DNA of 60,103 nt. Origin: Limisphaerales bacterium (GTDB taxonomy: Bacteria; Verrucomicrobiota; Verrucomicrobiia; Limisphaerales; SIBE01). Under the pieces are notes generated by a model. The model was not told the DNA's origin and did no database searches. It worked only from the letters and a program-made list of their open reading frames with translations. The stretch covers positions 1-60,103 of the forward strand of contig JBGAIN010000032.1 of the NCBI GenBank assembly GCA_044225505.1, in the 5' to 3' direction. Both the position numbers and the translations under genes were made by a program. Every line of letters starts with the position of its first letter. Position 1 is the first letter of the stretch. Below are positions 39,032-49,739 of this stretch, one piece after another.

Positions 39032-41065
39032 CTAGGGCAACGTCTTTTCCGACCCGACCTCAACGACAAAGTCGAAGCGCTCGCCATAGCGAGTCCCGTC
39101 CAAAGTGATATCGAGTCCGACCAGTCGCACCCCAGGTTGCGCTCCGGGCAGGGCCCGGATCCGGACGGGCAACACGCGCTGCGAATTCGGATCTAAAGTG
39201 CCTTCGAACGTTGGCGGATCGGCAACGAGGCCGGACGGAGTATGAATGGCGATCGAATGCCTCTGATTTTGTGAGCGAAAACTCCTGACGCGCAGTTTTA
39301 TCTCCTTCGTCTCGTTCGGCTTCAGATGAACGCGGTAAGGTTCGGCTCGCACCCAGAATGGATCGAACCAGTAGCGGTAGTCGACGTCCGAACTCAGAGC
39401 GCGAAACGTGTCGCGCATCTCGTAGGCCCAAGTGCGGTAGCGCTCGATGAAGGCCGCGGGATGATCCATCACAAACGAGTGTCCGCCCATTAACAAGTCC
39501 GGATTCAGACGTTTGAGGAATTCCGCGCCGTAGATGTAGCCTTCTTCAAGGATGGCGCTGTTGTGCGCAACCATCGCTTCGTGACCGGATTGCGCTGGAT
39601 TATCCGTGTCCCCAAACAGGTTGTCGCCGGTGAACGCCACCAGGCGTCCGTCGATGCGGCCATGCAAGCAGAGGGCAAATTCGGTCTGTCCTGGCATCCA
39701 GTCGACCTTGAAACGATAGCCCTCCCACTCGAATGATTCACCCGGTTTGAGCGCGCGATCGACGCGCACCCCTTGAATGATGGCTCCTTTCGAATCTTTC
39801 TTGCCGTAAGCCTGAATGGCCGCGGCGTAATCGAACCACTCGGGATGTTCCATCTTGTCGACCATGTTTTCGAGCGCCCAGATCTTCGCTCCCCATTTCT
39901 CGCGCAGATGTGGGGCTTCCAGGAAATGGTCGCCGTGCATGTGCGACACGATGATGGCGTCGATAGCTTTCAAGCCAAAGTGGGCGCGCATGCCTTCCAG
40001 AGCGGTGTCGAGGAAGCTTTCGTCCAATAGCCCACAATCAGACAGGAGTGCCCGGCCATTCTCCGAGAGGATCAGCGAGAAGTTCGGCCAAAAGTTGAGG
40101 CGCTTGAACTTGAACAGGTGAGGGGATACCTGCCAGACGTTCGAGACGATGGTCGGCCGCGAGACTTTGTCTTGATACGCCACCGAGCCGTGCTCCACGT
40201 CGTAACCTCGGACGTAAACGCGTTCTAAATTCTCCAATTTCTTCGCGTAAGCGGCGAGCTGTTCCATCGGTTGGGAAATAACCGGGCCGTGCGAAGGCAG
40301 CAAGACGCTGGGCTGGCGCTCGGTCGCGCTTGCGACGGACGCGCGCAACGCTTGAATGCCTTTGGCGAATCCATAATCCCATTCGGTATCAAACCAGGTA
40401 TGCATCTTGGCACCGTCCAGCATCAGATCGCCCGTGAAGGCGAGTGTGCGTTCACCGCGGCGAAGCCAATAGGACATGCTGCCAGGGCTGTTGCCACGCA
40501 CGTCGAGACAGGCCAGCTCGGTCCCGCGCCACGCGAACACGTCGTTCGTTTGGAACGTCCGGTCGATCGGGATAGGACGTATGGGCGGCCGCACATAACT
40601 GGAGCCGTAGACCGTAAACGGGTCTCCCAAGGTCGCCTGCATCTTGCGGAACTCGGCTGGTTTCTCGAACAAGGCCCGTTCGGCTTCTGGACCTGCCAGT
40701 TTGGCCCCGGAACCTTCCAGGCGGGACGTCCCTTGGCACTGCTCGCGGTGATGATGGGTAAAGAGCACCCATTCCACCCGTTTCACCCCGATCTCTGGCA
40801 GATGTTCCAGGATCGATCCATCTCCCAGATCAATCAAAATCGCCGCGTCTCCATCCCGGAGCACAAAGACATTGCAGACGTCGGTCCAAACGAAGAGGTC
40901 AGGATCCAGTTGCGCGTCGACGAGGCGGAGATTGCTTTTCGTCGCATTTAAGGCGGTCGAAAGCAAGGCGGGATTTCCGGGTTGGGATTCCGCGCCAATC
41001 GCAGCTCTGGTCGCAATGAAAACGAGGGCGACAAATGTTAGAATATTCATAACCTTTAGCTTCAT
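39032..41065 (-). CDS. Exported MBL-fold metallo-hydrolase with two MBL domains
   Basis: Signal peptide; ILIDLG..THHHREQ..FTGD..LPSHG and LSDCG..SHMHGDH..FTGD..GGH. Confidence 0.88.
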   Translation of the reverse strand: MKLKVMNILTFVALVFIATRAAIGAESQPGNPALLSTALNATKSNLRLVDAQLDPDLFVWTDVCNVFVLRDGDAAILIDLGDGSILEHLPEIGVKRVEWVLFTHHHREQCQGTSRLEGSGAKLAGPEAERALFEKPAEFRKMQATLGDPFTVYGSSYVRPPIRPIPIDRTFQTNDVFAWRGTELACLDVRGNSPGSMSYWLRRGERTLAFTGDLMLDGAKMHTWFDTEWDYGFAKGIQALRASVASATERQPSVLLPSHGPVISQPMEQLAAYAKKLENLERVYVRGYDVEHGSVAYQDKVSRPTIVSNVWQVSPHLFKFKRLNFWPNFSLILSENGRALLSDCGLLDESFLDTALEGMRAHFGLKAIDAIIVSHMHGDHFLEAPHLREKWGAKIWALENMVDKMEHPEWFDYAAAIQAYGKKDSKGAIIQGVRVDRALKPGESFEWEGYRFKVDWMPGQTEFALCLHGRIDGRLVAFTGDNLFGDTDNPAQSGHEAMVAHNSAILEEGYIYGAEFLKRLNPDLLMGGHSFVMDHPAAFIERYRTWAYEMRDTFRALSSDVDYRYWFDPFWVRAEPYRVHLKPNETKEIKLRVRSFRSQNQRHSIAIHTPSGLVADPPTFEGTLDPNSQRVLPVRIRALPGAQPGVRLVGLDITLDGTRYGERFDFVVEVGSEKTLP

Positions 41066-41173
41066 GGCAGAACATCGATCGAGGGCTTCCCTACCGTAGG
41101 AGTTTGGCTGCTGCCTGCCAATGACTCTTTTGTCCGGTTTTGCTTTCGGCGCGGTGCAATACGTTGAAAGGCT

Positions 41174-42436
41174 ATGCTGACGGACATTGAATTGCTGACC
41201 CGTTATGCCACGAACCGTTGTGAAACGGCGTTTGGAGAGCTAGTCGCCCGTCACGTCAACCTGGTCTATTCGACGGCCTTGCGCGTGGTCGGGGGCGACG
41301 CGCATCTGGCCCACGATGTCGCGCAGAGCGTTTTTATTGACCTGGCGCGCAAAGCGAGCCGCTTATGCTCCCGTCGATTTCAAAGTGACGGTGCTCTCGA
41401 GGAAACGGCGCGCGCTTTCTGCCTGGCAGGCTGGCTCTACACAAGCACCCGCTTTGCCGGTTCCAAAGCGGTTCGCGCGGAGCGGACCCGGCACCGTTAC
41501 GAAAACGACGTGTCCACCATGAATGCCTGTGAAGACTCCGTACCGAGTGAGTCGGATTGGCCCGCCATCCGAGCCGAGTTGGATGAAGCGATGGATTGCC
41601 TTTCGCCACTGGAGCGAGACGCGGTGGTGCTCCGGTTTTTCGAAGGCAGAAGCCTGCGCGGCGTCGGTGAGGTGTTGGGACTCGGCGAGGATGCCGCGCG
41701 CAAGCGAGTCGGCCGGGCGTTGGAAAAACTGCGTGATCGCTTGTCCGCTCGAGGAGTCGCTAGCACTACCGCATCACTTGCCGCCTTACTCGCGGCCCAG
41801 GCGGTCCAGGCCGCTCCGGCTGGCTTGACGCAAGCCCTGACAGGCGCAGTGTTTTCGGCGACGGCGCTGACGACGGCGACGACGCCCACCCTTCTTGGAT
41901 TTATGATCACCACCAAAGCAAAGCTCAGCCTAACTGTAATTGCATTGCTGGCCTTGACCACGCCTTTACTGATGCAACGGCAGACTGTTGGCGAACTGCG
42001 CAGGCAAAATCGGCTCCTCACGGATGAACTTCGAGCGGCCCAGGTGTCCAGGCAAGCGGCTGTCATGGAAGCGACAGCGCGGCCCTCGTCTGCGGTAATC
42101 CTCCCGTCACCCCCTAACGCGGTAAAGCCCGTTTGGCAGCAGGTCGAATCCGGCAATTTTCAGGAGTATATGGCGAACCTGCGCGGGTTGGGGATGCCCG
42201 AACAAACGGTGCGAGACATTGTGCTGGCAGATGTGAATAGGTTATACGACGAAAAGAAGCGCGCGGTTCTCGACTCAATAGAACGAAAAGACGAATTCTG
42301 GAAACCGGGCGGAACTTCGCGCACGGCAGGGCCCAGCGAGATGGACCAACTGCGGACGCTGGCGAAAGAGAAAGAGGGCCTGCTGCGCGATCTTTTGGGT
42401 CTGGAAACCGACCAGCGCGACTACGCGAAGCCGTGA
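41174..42436 (+). CDS. ECF sigma-70 factor with long C-terminal extension (TM helix + extra domain)
   Basis: AFGELVARHVNLVYSTALR, AHDVAQSVFIDLARKA, VVLRFFE, EDAARKRVGRALEKLR; then a hydrophobic helix and the YMANLRGLGMPEQTVRDIV domain. Confidence 0.9.
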   Translation: MLTDIELLTRYATNRCETAFGELVARHVNLVYSTALRVVGGDAHLAHDVAQSVFIDLARKASRLCSRRFQSDGALEETARAFCLAGWLYTSTRFAGSKAVRAERTRHRYENDVSTMNACEDSVPSESDWPAIRAELDEAMDCLSPLERDAVVLRFFEGRSLRGVGEVLGLGEDAARKRVGRALEKLRDRLSARGVASTTASLAALLAAQAVQAAPAGLTQALTGAVFSATALTTATTPTLLGFMITTKAKLSLTVIALLALTTPLLMQRQTVGELRRQNRLLTDELRAAQVSRQAAVMEATARPSSAVILPSPPNAVKPVWQQVESGNFQEYMANLRGLGMPEQTVRDIVLADVNRLYDEKKRAVLDSIERKDEFWKPGGTSRTAGPSEMDQLRTLAKEKEGLLRDLLGLETDQRDYAKP

Positions 42437-42777
42437 AGCATGGAGGATTGCAGAAGCAGTACGATGAAAACGTCAATCAGGCGCTCAACCCGGCAGAACT
42501 TGAGGAGCATCAGGTCAGGCATTCAGCATTGACCGCGCGCCTCCAGACCGAACTCCAATCCTTCCAACCTACCGAAGGGGAGTTTCGCTCTATCTTTCGC
42601 CTGCTAAACGATTTTGGCCGAAACACCCCTGGCCATCTGGTGCCGCCAGAGGCTTATGAGGAAGATCGCCAGACCTTTGCCAATCCCAAACTCCGAGAAC
42701 GATTGCAGGAAGTGCTCGGCGCCGATCGCTTCTCACACCTCGAGCGAACTTTGAATACGACCGTCCCTGAGCAATGA
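42433..42777 (+). CDS. Hypothetical protein, probably the separated C-terminus of the upstream sigma fusion
   Basis: GTGA overlap; LNPAELEEHQVRHS..FQPTEGEFRSIF..LGADRF helical region without its own signal. Confidence 0.55.
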   Translation: MKHGGLQKQYDENVNQALNPAELEEHQVRHSALTARLQTELQSFQPTEGEFRSIFRLLNDFGRNTPGHLVPPEAYEEDRQTFANPKLRERLQEVLGADRFSHLERTLNTTVPEQ

Positions 42778-42863
42778 GGCAGTCGGCTCTATCCTCCTGA
42801 CATTTCCGCCGTCCCGGTCGCAGCGATGCGTAAGAACGCAATGTCAACTCGAGGACGCCACGT

Positions 42864-42976
42864 TCCGTGCCGAGCCGAAAGGACGTTGTCTTCGGAACTC
42901 AACGCCCGTCATCACTCACAGAAGTGTCCTGGTTGGCATCGCTATTCTTTTCGACAATCATCCGCTTCTTGACGGG
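42864..42976 (-). repeat. Decayed direct copy of 43338-43451 (3' part of the prepilin-type gene)
   Basis: 113 vs 114 bp, about 8 substitutions and 1 deletion, including TGG>TGA. Confidence 0.92.
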
Positions 42977-43199
42977 GTGTTACGCAAAGGAGGGGAACGA
43001 CGAGTGATTTCAAGACTCTGATGATCCGGGCCGAGAAGCGCATGCGATCGCTGAAGCTAAGATTTTGGCGGGCGGCAGCCAATGATTCTCTTGGAGATGC
43101 CAGAGCTGCCGCTGACTTCTATCTCATTGGTAAGTAATGCTTTAAGTGCCTGTTGACAAATTGTCATCACGCTGTTTGGGCGCGGCCTCCAGGGCGGGC

Positions 43200-44012
43200 T
43201 CACTTCATCGGATCGTAAGACTCTGAGTCGTTCCCGACGCGAGGCGCAACGATTTCCACGTGACCGTCGCACAAAGCCACGGTGGCGCGGCCTTTGGAAT
43301 TAAAGACCGTACTCGTGACCCGGAGTTTCCGTGGCAATCCGTGGCGAGCCGAAAGAACGTTGTCCTCCGGAACCCAACGCCCGTCATCAATCACGGAAGT
43401 GTCCTGGTTGGCATCGCTATTCTCTTCGACAATCATCAGCTTCTTGACGGGATTCTTGATGAGGTCCGCTTTGAAGTGCAGCGGAGGTTGCCCGGTCGCA
43501 TAAATAGAGGAGATGCCACGGTTGACCGACGTCACCAAGCTTGGGAGCGAATAGCTGTAGAGATAAGGATTCCCAGCTTTCGGAGTCTTTTGGTAAGCGG
43601 CATAGCGTTCGAGCACGTCTTTGTCGGACGGGCACCGGAACAAGTTGGTGGTGAACTGCCCGATATACGGGCCGATCGCACTGTTCTTCGGGTTAAGAAA
43701 GAATGGGTCGCTGCCGCGATTCACGTTCCAGAAGATCCAATCCTCGCGCATGGGTTGATAAGCGCCTTTGGACGCAGCTCCTGGAAACACTTCGTTGTTA
43801 TCCGGCAAGTAGAGGAGAAACGCCAACGAGACCTGCTTCAGATTGCTCCGGCATACCGTGAGGTTGGCTTTTTCCTTCGCCTTCGCGAGTGCGGGCAGGA
43901 GCATCCCCGCGAGGATAGCAATGATGGCGATAACAACGAGAAGTTCGATCAAGGTAAAGCCAGTCGGCTTACGAGACCCTGGTCGGCGCTGGGGAGGCAT
44001 TGGTGCATGCAT
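43200..44012 (-). CDS. Prepilin-type N-terminal cleavage/methylation + H-X9-DG domain protein
   Basis: [52 protein letters not shown]; start at 44012 or 44000. Confidence 0.93.
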   Translation of the reverse strand: MHAPMPPQRRPGSRKPTGFTLIELLVVIAIIAILAGMLLPALAKAKEKANLTVCRSNLKQVSLAFLLYLPDNNEVFPGAASKGAYQPMREDWIFWNVNRGSDPFFLNPKNSAIGPYIGQFTTNLFRCPSDKDVLERYAAYQKTPKAGNPYLYSYSLPSLVTSVNRGISSIYATGQPPLHFKADLIKNPVKKLMIVEENSDANQDTSVIDDGRWVPEDNVLSARHGLPRKLRVTSTVFNSKGRATVALCDGHVEIVAPRVGNDSESYDPMK

Positions 44013-44097
44013 AGCGCGATCGGTTGACGACCGGAGCTTAGCGCCAGCGTGTGCCGAGTCAATCCTCTCGCGATTCCCCAGACATCGCGTCCCGCGA

Positions 44098-46278
44098 TTA
44101 AGCCGCGACCGAGGCCGGTTGGAGCGGGGCTGACTCCGGGGCCGGTGTTGTTTCGGGCATGGTGACGCGACGGCGCGACGCGATCTCCGTCGCTTCGTTA
44201 TAGTGCCGTAGGGCTTGCTGCCACCAGCGGTGTAATTTGGATTCCGGCGCAACCCAGAGTTCCTTATGCGACGCAATGAGCGCCTCGGCGTCCCACAACA
44301 AGTTGTTTCGTTCTTCTTTCGAGAGCGCTGTTGGACCCTCGGCCAGCAGCTTTTGTCGGAGTTCTTCCGAATACTCCCGTGTTTTATCGGGCATCTGTTC
44401 GCGCAAACGCAGTAAGGAGACGTGCACGGCGTGCATGTATGGGTCGAGCACGGCTTGCAGCAGGCCAAAGTTCTCGGCGTATTCGGGTTGTTCGAAGAAT
44501 GGGCTTTGGCGCTGCGGCGGAGTGTCGTTCAACCGGGCTAGTTCAATGGGCGGCGATGTTTCTTCCGGGATCAAGAACCAACCGCGTTCGCGGGCCAATT
44601 CACCGAGTCGACGGGACGCTGTCACACGCGCGAAGGGAATGGCGAGGGTTAATCCGGCCAGGACGGGCACGAGCCAAGGAATGGCGTTGGGAGCAAACCA
44701 CGCCAGGCTAATCCATGCCAGCGCAGCGAAAAGCGTCTGCGTGCCGAGCAGGCTCCACAGTTCGCGCCAACTCGGGCGTTCCTCGCTGCGATTTTGCTTG
44801 CCCCATTTGACCGTCGTTCCCGTCAGAGCCGCGAGAACGAACTTAGTATAGAAGACCATGAGAATGGGGGCGAGGAGCGTTGAGAAGACGACTTCACTCA
44901 AGACGCTTAAAAAGACTCGGAACCCTCCTCCAAAGGCGCTCAGCCCTTTTTCGGTCTTCGCCCAACTGACCACACCCAGGAATTTTGGTAGCAGCAGCAA
45001 CGCCATCACATAGGCGAAGAGCAGTCCTGATTTGAAGGCTGGTTCCTGCCAGAGATGGGCGTGGGTTTGCGTGTTCGAATCGGACCAGTGCGTGACCGCG
45101 GCGACTGTCGTCATGAGAATGGACAAGAACCAAAGCGGTGCACTGGCATAAGCCATGATTCCAAGGAAGATGTGGATACGGCTGCTAATCCGTAGGCCGC
45201 GCCGAAACAAAACCAGCAAATGCTGGATGTTTCCCTGACACCAACGCCGATCGCGCTGCAAACTCGCTACCAGTTCCGGAGGCCCTTCCTCGTAACTGCC
45301 TTCCAGGTCGTAGGCAAACCAGACCCCATAGCCTGCCCGCCGCATAAACGCTGCCTCGACCGTGTCATGGCTGAGAATGCGACCGCCCAGCCTGCCGAGC
45401 TTAGGCAATTCGGGCAAAGCGCAATGTTCCATGAAGAGCTTGATGCGAATGATGGCGTTGTGGCCCCAGTAATTGCCGCCCCCCAAATGCCAATAATGAG
45501 CCCCCGCCATGAAGACAGGGCCGTAGATGCGGGCTGCGAACTGTTGTACGCGCCGGAAGAGCGTGTTGCCTAAGACCATCTGCGGCGCTGTCTGAATAAT
45601 GCCGACCGACCGGTTACGTTCCATCAGTTCAACCATGCGCACCAAGGTATTCCCAGACATGACGCTGTCTGCGTCCAACACGATCATGTAACGATAGTTC
45701 GCACCCCACCGCCGGCAAAAGTCCGCGATATTGCCGCTCTTGTGATGCAGTTGCAGGCGTCGTTTGCGATAGAAGATGCGCCCGAAGGCGTTTAGATCCC
45801 GACATAGTTCCAGCCAAGACCGTTCTTCTTCGAGCCAATGGTTGGGATCATTCGAATCGCTGAGCACGAAGAAATCAAAGGCTTCTCCACGTTCCGTTCT
45901 GGTCAAAGACTCTGACATGGCCCGAATGGCTTGAAAGACGCGCCCCGCTTCTTCGTTGTAGACCGGCATGACGATGGCCGTGCTCGGCAGCGGTCCGCTG
46001 ATCCCTTCGGCGGGCAAAGTTCGCGTGATGCGGAAGCGATCGCCGCCGCGCCACAGGACAAAGAAGCCGATGATCGACAGCGTGACGCCGAAGGCGACGA
46101 GACTGAAAAGGATCGTGAACAAGACCAGGATCAGGATGTCGAGCGTGTTGATGCCGCCGCTCGCCAAGACGTCAGCCATTGGCAGAAAGCCAAGCAGAAA
46201 GATCAGGCTGGCAAGACAGATAAAGAGCAGTCGGCGGCGGCGCACAACGCGAAGCGGGATTTGATTCAGTGAAAACAT
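44098..46278 (-). CDS. mdoH: Glucans biosynthesis glucosyltransferase H
   Basis: [63 protein letters not shown]. Confidence 0.96.
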   Translation of the reverse strand: MFSLNQIPLRVVRRRRLLFICLASLIFLLGFLPMADVLASGGINTLDILILVLFTILFSLVAFGVTLSIIGFFVLWRGGDRFRITRTLPAEGISGPLPSTAIVMPVYNEEAGRVFQAIRAMSESLTRTERGEAFDFFVLSDSNDPNHWLEEERSWLELCRDLNAFGRIFYRKRRLQLHHKSGNIADFCRRWGANYRYMIVLDADSVMSGNTLVRMVELMERNRSVGIIQTAPQMVLGNTLFRRVQQFAARIYGPVFMAGAHYWHLGGGNYWGHNAIIRIKLFMEHCALPELPKLGRLGGRILSHDTVEAAFMRRAGYGVWFAYDLEGSYEEGPPELVASLQRDRRWCQGNIQHLLVLFRRGLRISSRIHIFLGIMAYASAPLWFLSILMTTVAAVTHWSDSNTQTHAHLWQEPAFKSGLLFAYVMALLLLPKFLGVVSWAKTEKGLSAFGGGFRVFLSVLSEVVFSTLLAPILMVFYTKFVLAALTGTTVKWGKQNRSEERPSWRELWSLLGTQTLFAALAWISLAWFAPNAIPWLVPVLAGLTLAIPFARVTASRRLGELARERGWFLIPEETSPPIELARLNDTPPQRQSPFFEQPEYAENFGLLQAVLDPYMHAVHVSLLRLREQMPDKTREYSEELRQKLLAEGPTALSKEERNNLLWDAEALIASHKELWVAPESKLHRWWQQALRHYNEATEIASRRRVTMPETTPAPESAPLQPASVAA

Positions 46279-46288
46279 AGCGGATCCG

Positions 46289-46837
46289 TCATTTAAAATA
46301 GAAAAAGACCGCCGTCCCCACGACGCCGAGGATGGCGCCCACCAGGACCGCTGAGACGCGTCCAACGCGCTCCCGGATCTCCTCGACCTTTTCCGTGTTG
46401 TCGGTCACGTCCAACGGGCGTGGCACCATGCTGGAAAGACGCAGGTCCGGCCCACTCTGTACCATGGTGTCACTCAAAGATGTTTTGAATTCGACAGGCA
46501 TTTCGTCGGCGAGGAAGAGTGTTGGCCAGCGCGTGGTCGCTTCGGCCAAATACAAGGCTACTCGTCCAACGCTCGAGGCTCGCGCAGGAGATTCATCCGG
46601 AAGCAAGCGCCGAAACCATTCGTCGATCCAAGCGTAGGCCGCTTCTAACGCTAGCTTTGTCGGCGTTTGACTCGGATCGGCCGCATGCTGCACAGCGGCT
46701 TGCTGTAAAATGCGCAAGATAATCTGGCTTTGATGCAATTTGTTGAGGACCTGGTGGGCCCGGAAATAATCTTCCAATCGGTAGTAAGCCGCATTCCAAT
46801 CTTCCAAGGTTCCGGTCTGGGGATAAAAGCCTCTCAT
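46289..46837 (-). CDS. Hypothetical membrane-anchored protein in the opg operon
   Basis: ATGA-coupled to mdoG; helical body, SSMVPRPL motif, single C-terminal TM helix. Confidence 0.8.
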   Translation of the reverse strand: MRGFYPQTGTLEDWNAAYYRLEDYFRAHQVLNKLHQSQIILRILQQAAVQHAADPSQTPTKLALEAAYAWIDEWFRRLLPDESPARASSVGRVALYLAEATTRWPTLFLADEMPVEFKTSLSDTMVQSGPDLRLSSMVPRPLDVTDNTEKVEEIRERVGRVSAVLVGAILGVVGTAVFFYFK

Positions 46838-48327
46838 GGTTGCCAAGTGTAGGTCCAAGTTTCCGTTACAGGTTCGCCACCGCGCTTAAGTAATGCTTGG
46901 ATATCAACGGCTTTGTCGGGAGCGAGGATCTCAACCACAAGCCTCCAGGTTCCGTTGAGGTCGTTCCTGGCCACGGTGTCGGCGACCAACCGCGTGCCAG
47001 AGCCGTAATTGACTTCGGCATCGAGTTGTTCGCGGGCAGAAAGCTTTTCCATCATTGGCCCTCCGAAATCGATGACAAAGCGGATATTGTGCCGTGCGTC
47101 AAATTCGCCCGCCTTGACCAATCCGATGCGGGTTGCCCGCACTCGGCCGAGCGACGGTGGACTTAGCTCGTTTGTGGTCCAATGCAAGTTGTAGGCAAGT
47201 TCCAGCGCTTCGCCAGCCTTGGGCGGGTTTGACGGAACCCAAAAGGCGATCGCGTTGTCCGTGTACTCGATGTCTGTCGGCAGCTGGATTAGTTCCACCG
47301 CGCCGGAGCCCCACTGCCCGACAGGTTCCACCCAGACATTCGGGCGATTTTCGAAACGAGCCACAAGATCCTGATAATTCTCGAAGTTCCGGTCCCGTTG
47401 CACCAGTCCGTACCCGCGAGGATTGAGATCCGCATAGACGTTGACGCGCATCATCTTGGCGGCGTCCAAGGGTCGCCAGAGGGTTTGTCCTTTCCCACTG
47501 GCCATGAGTAATCCGTCAGAATCATGCACTTCCGGGCGATAATCGCTGTAGGGCGGGTGATTGTTGCCGTCATACCAAAACATGCTGGTGACTGGCGCGA
47601 CTCCGAATTTACGGACCAATTGCCGAGGAAAGTACACCACACGAGTTTTCGCGACCGTCGTTGTGCCCGGAGTGATTTCATACTCGAAGGCGCCCGCCAC
47701 GCTCGGACTGTCCAACAAAGCCCACAGAGTCAAGGCTCGATCCGTTGGCAAAGGCTTCCGCAGCCAGAATTGGCGGAAGGTTGGGAACTCTTCCTGGCCC
47801 AGATGCACCGTGTTCAAGGCCAACCCACGCGCGGATGCGCCAAACACCTGTTTGAAGCCCACCATTCGGAGATAGCTGGCTCCTAAAAAGACCGCGACTT
47901 CCTGCGCGGATTGGCCTGCACTGACGACGCGGAAGCCTGCGTAGCCAAGGTTGTCAGGCAAAGAGAGTCGATTTGTCTTAGCGAGGAATCCGTCGGCCGC
48001 GAACGGAATTGGGCGTGCTCCGTGCTCCGTTACTTCGTGCAGGGCAACAGTATCCCGGTGGCCTGCACCCGGGAGAAAGAACTCAATCCGAAAGGGCAGG
48101 TTTTCGTCAGCCCAGAGCGCTTTGTCATGGCGGAACTGAATGTTTTGATACTCGGTGTAACTCAAGCTCCGGAGCTCTGCTGGAAGGGAATTGCTGAGCG
48201 GCTGAAAGGGGCGGCTCGCAAGTTGCCGGGCCTCGTCGCGCACCTGCTGGAAATCAAAAGGAGCAGCGGCCAGTCCTGGCGCTATTAACCACTGTAGGGA
48301 CAAAACCAAAATCCTCCTTAACCGCAT
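46834..48327 (-). CDS. mdoG: Periplasmic glucan biosynthesis protein G/D
   Basis: Signal peptide; YQNIQFR, FLGASY.R, GASARGLA, EEFP.F..FW, RPEVHDSDGL, ETWTYTW. Confidence 0.94.
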   Translation of the reverse strand: MRLRRILVLSLQWLIAPGLAAAPFDFQQVRDEARQLASRPFQPLSNSLPAELRSLSYTEYQNIQFRHDKALWADENLPFRIEFFLPGAGHRDTVALHEVTEHGARPIPFAADGFLAKTNRLSLPDNLGYAGFRVVSAGQSAQEVAVFLGASYLRMVGFKQVFGASARGLALNTVHLGQEEFPTFRQFWLRKPLPTDRALTLWALLDSPSVAGAFEYEITPGTTTVAKTRVVYFPRQLVRKFGVAPVTSMFWYDGNNHPPYSDYRPEVHDSDGLLMASGKGQTLWRPLDAAKMMRVNVYADLNPRGYGLVQRDRNFENYQDLVARFENRPNVWVEPVGQWGSGAVELIQLPTDIEYTDNAIAFWVPSNPPKAGEALELAYNLHWTTNELSPPSLGRVRATRIGLVKAGEFDARHNIRFVIDFGGPMMEKLSAREQLDAEVNYGSGTRLVADTVARNDLNGTWRLVVEILAPDKAVDIQALLKRGGEPVTETWTYTWQP

Positions 48328-48449
48328 TCGTTCTACACTCGGTCAAAAATCGCAATCAGCAACCGGAAAAATGGCGAGCGAACCTCTTGGCGAGAACTGA
48401 ACAATCCGGCCAATGATCAGCAACCATTGGGCAATTTGCCCTCAGGGAT

Positions 48450-49739
48450 TCACGGAAGGGGCGGGCAGGCTTCTTTCTCAGGCTGGCCACCCGCCTGGCG
48501 AAAGGCAATCTGGCGAATGCGAAAACGCCCCAGCAATGAGACGACGACGGTGGAGGCGATCAGCCAGCCAACGAAGGCGGGCCAGGAGATCGCTGCCGTC
48601 ACTATGCTGCCGACGGTGCGAAACGTGGCGAGCAGGATCATCACACGGGCCATGCTCCCGCTATCATGTTGGCCTTGCAGAAGTAGGTATTGGAACTGGT
48701 TCGCTTGCGAAGCGGCGGCGGCGAGGCCCGCAGGCAAAAACAACGGAATGCTCGCTGCGTAGTGATTTGAAATGACGTTGCCGACCAGGAAGGGGCCGAT
48801 GACCGCGAGAGCGCTCAGGCCCGCCACGGTCAAGCCGAGATACAGAAGGGTGAATTGATCGCAACGCCGCGCCAATCGATGCCAGTCCTCAGGCGTTCGA
48901 GCGGCATCGGCCTGTCGGAAGACAGCCGGAAAGACCCACTGCAAAACCCCGGCGGCGACCATATTCGGGATCACGCTGGCGATATTGCTCGCCATGTTAA
49001 AGACGCCGAGTTGCTCTTTGCCAAATGCGGCGCCCACCACCCATCGATCCGCGTTTTGCAACAGCCAGCCACCCGCACCCATAATGATGAAGGGCCGACC
49101 GAAGTGACGGAGTTCTTCAGTCCACTTGCGCTCTTGCGCCGGTTCCAGGGAGCTGGTGCGCCACGCTTTTTGAAATAGGAGCGCAATGGCCGCGGCGACC
49201 AAAAGGCAATGGAGGACAAAACCCCAGCTCAGAGTGATCAGCGTTGCGCTCACCGCGACCGCCAGACCTACGGGCAGCAATGCCCGGCCCGCGCTCGACA
49301 AGCCACTCAACGCGAGCACAGCCCAGTGGCGTTCTCCGGCGTTCAGGACGGACAGCGCCACCGTATAGAGCGCCATAACGACGTTGCTGACGACCAGGAG
49401 CGGCCAGAGTGCGAGCCAAACTCGCCCGTCACGGCCGGCTTGTGCGGCAGATAACAGCAGCAGCACGATGGTCAGAGGTGCGCTATAACGCCAGGTCTTG
49501 CCCCAGAGAAAGCGGGCGTAGGCGCCGGCGTTCGCCCGTTCCCGCTGCCAGTAGCGGGAGGCGTGATTGATCAACCCGGAGTGGGTCAGCAGAATCCCGA
49601 CTTGCATCAGCGTCAGGAACAAACCATACGCGCCATAGACAGGCTTCGGGACGGTGTGCGAGATCAGGATGATCCCGGCCATTCCAAGAATGACAGTTTG
49701 CGCCTGGTTCCAGGCGATAGGAACAAGCCTGTGGCGCAT
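48450..49739 (-). CDS. Wzx-like polysaccharide flippase
   Basis: About 12 hydrophobic segments; YGAYGL, QNADRWVV..FGKEQLGVFNMA pattern. Confidence 0.8.
   Translation of the reverse strand: MRHRLVPIAWNQAQTVILGMAGIILISHTVPKPVYGAYGLFLTLMQVGILLTHSGLINHASRYWQRERANAGAYARFLWGKTWRYSAPLTIVLLLLSAAQAGRDGRVWLALWPLLVVSNVVMALYTVALSVLNAGERHWAVLALSGLSSAGRALLPVGLAVAVSATLITLSWGFVLHCLLVAAAIALLFQKAWRTSSLEPAQERKWTEELRHFGRPFIIMGAGGWLLQNADRWVVGAAFGKEQLGVFNMASNIASVIPNMVAAGVLQWVFPAVFRQADAARTPEDWHRLARRCDQFTLLYLGLTVAGLSALAVIGPFLVGNVISNHYAASIPLFLPAGLAAAASQANQFQYLLLQGQHDSGSMARVMILLATFRTVGSIVTAAISWPAFVGWLIASTVVVSLLGRFRIRQIAFRQAGGQPEKEACPPLP

Noticed and set aside
42864..43451. Diversity-generating retroelement (TR/VR pair)
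   Set aside because: Only about 3 of 8 mismatches have A in the putative template; it has an indel and a stop; no reverse transcriptase in the window
44013..44468. N-terminal extension of the prepilin ORF given in the ORF track
   Set aside because: Overlaps the mdoH 3' end in another frame; the prepilin leader implies a start at 44012 or 44000
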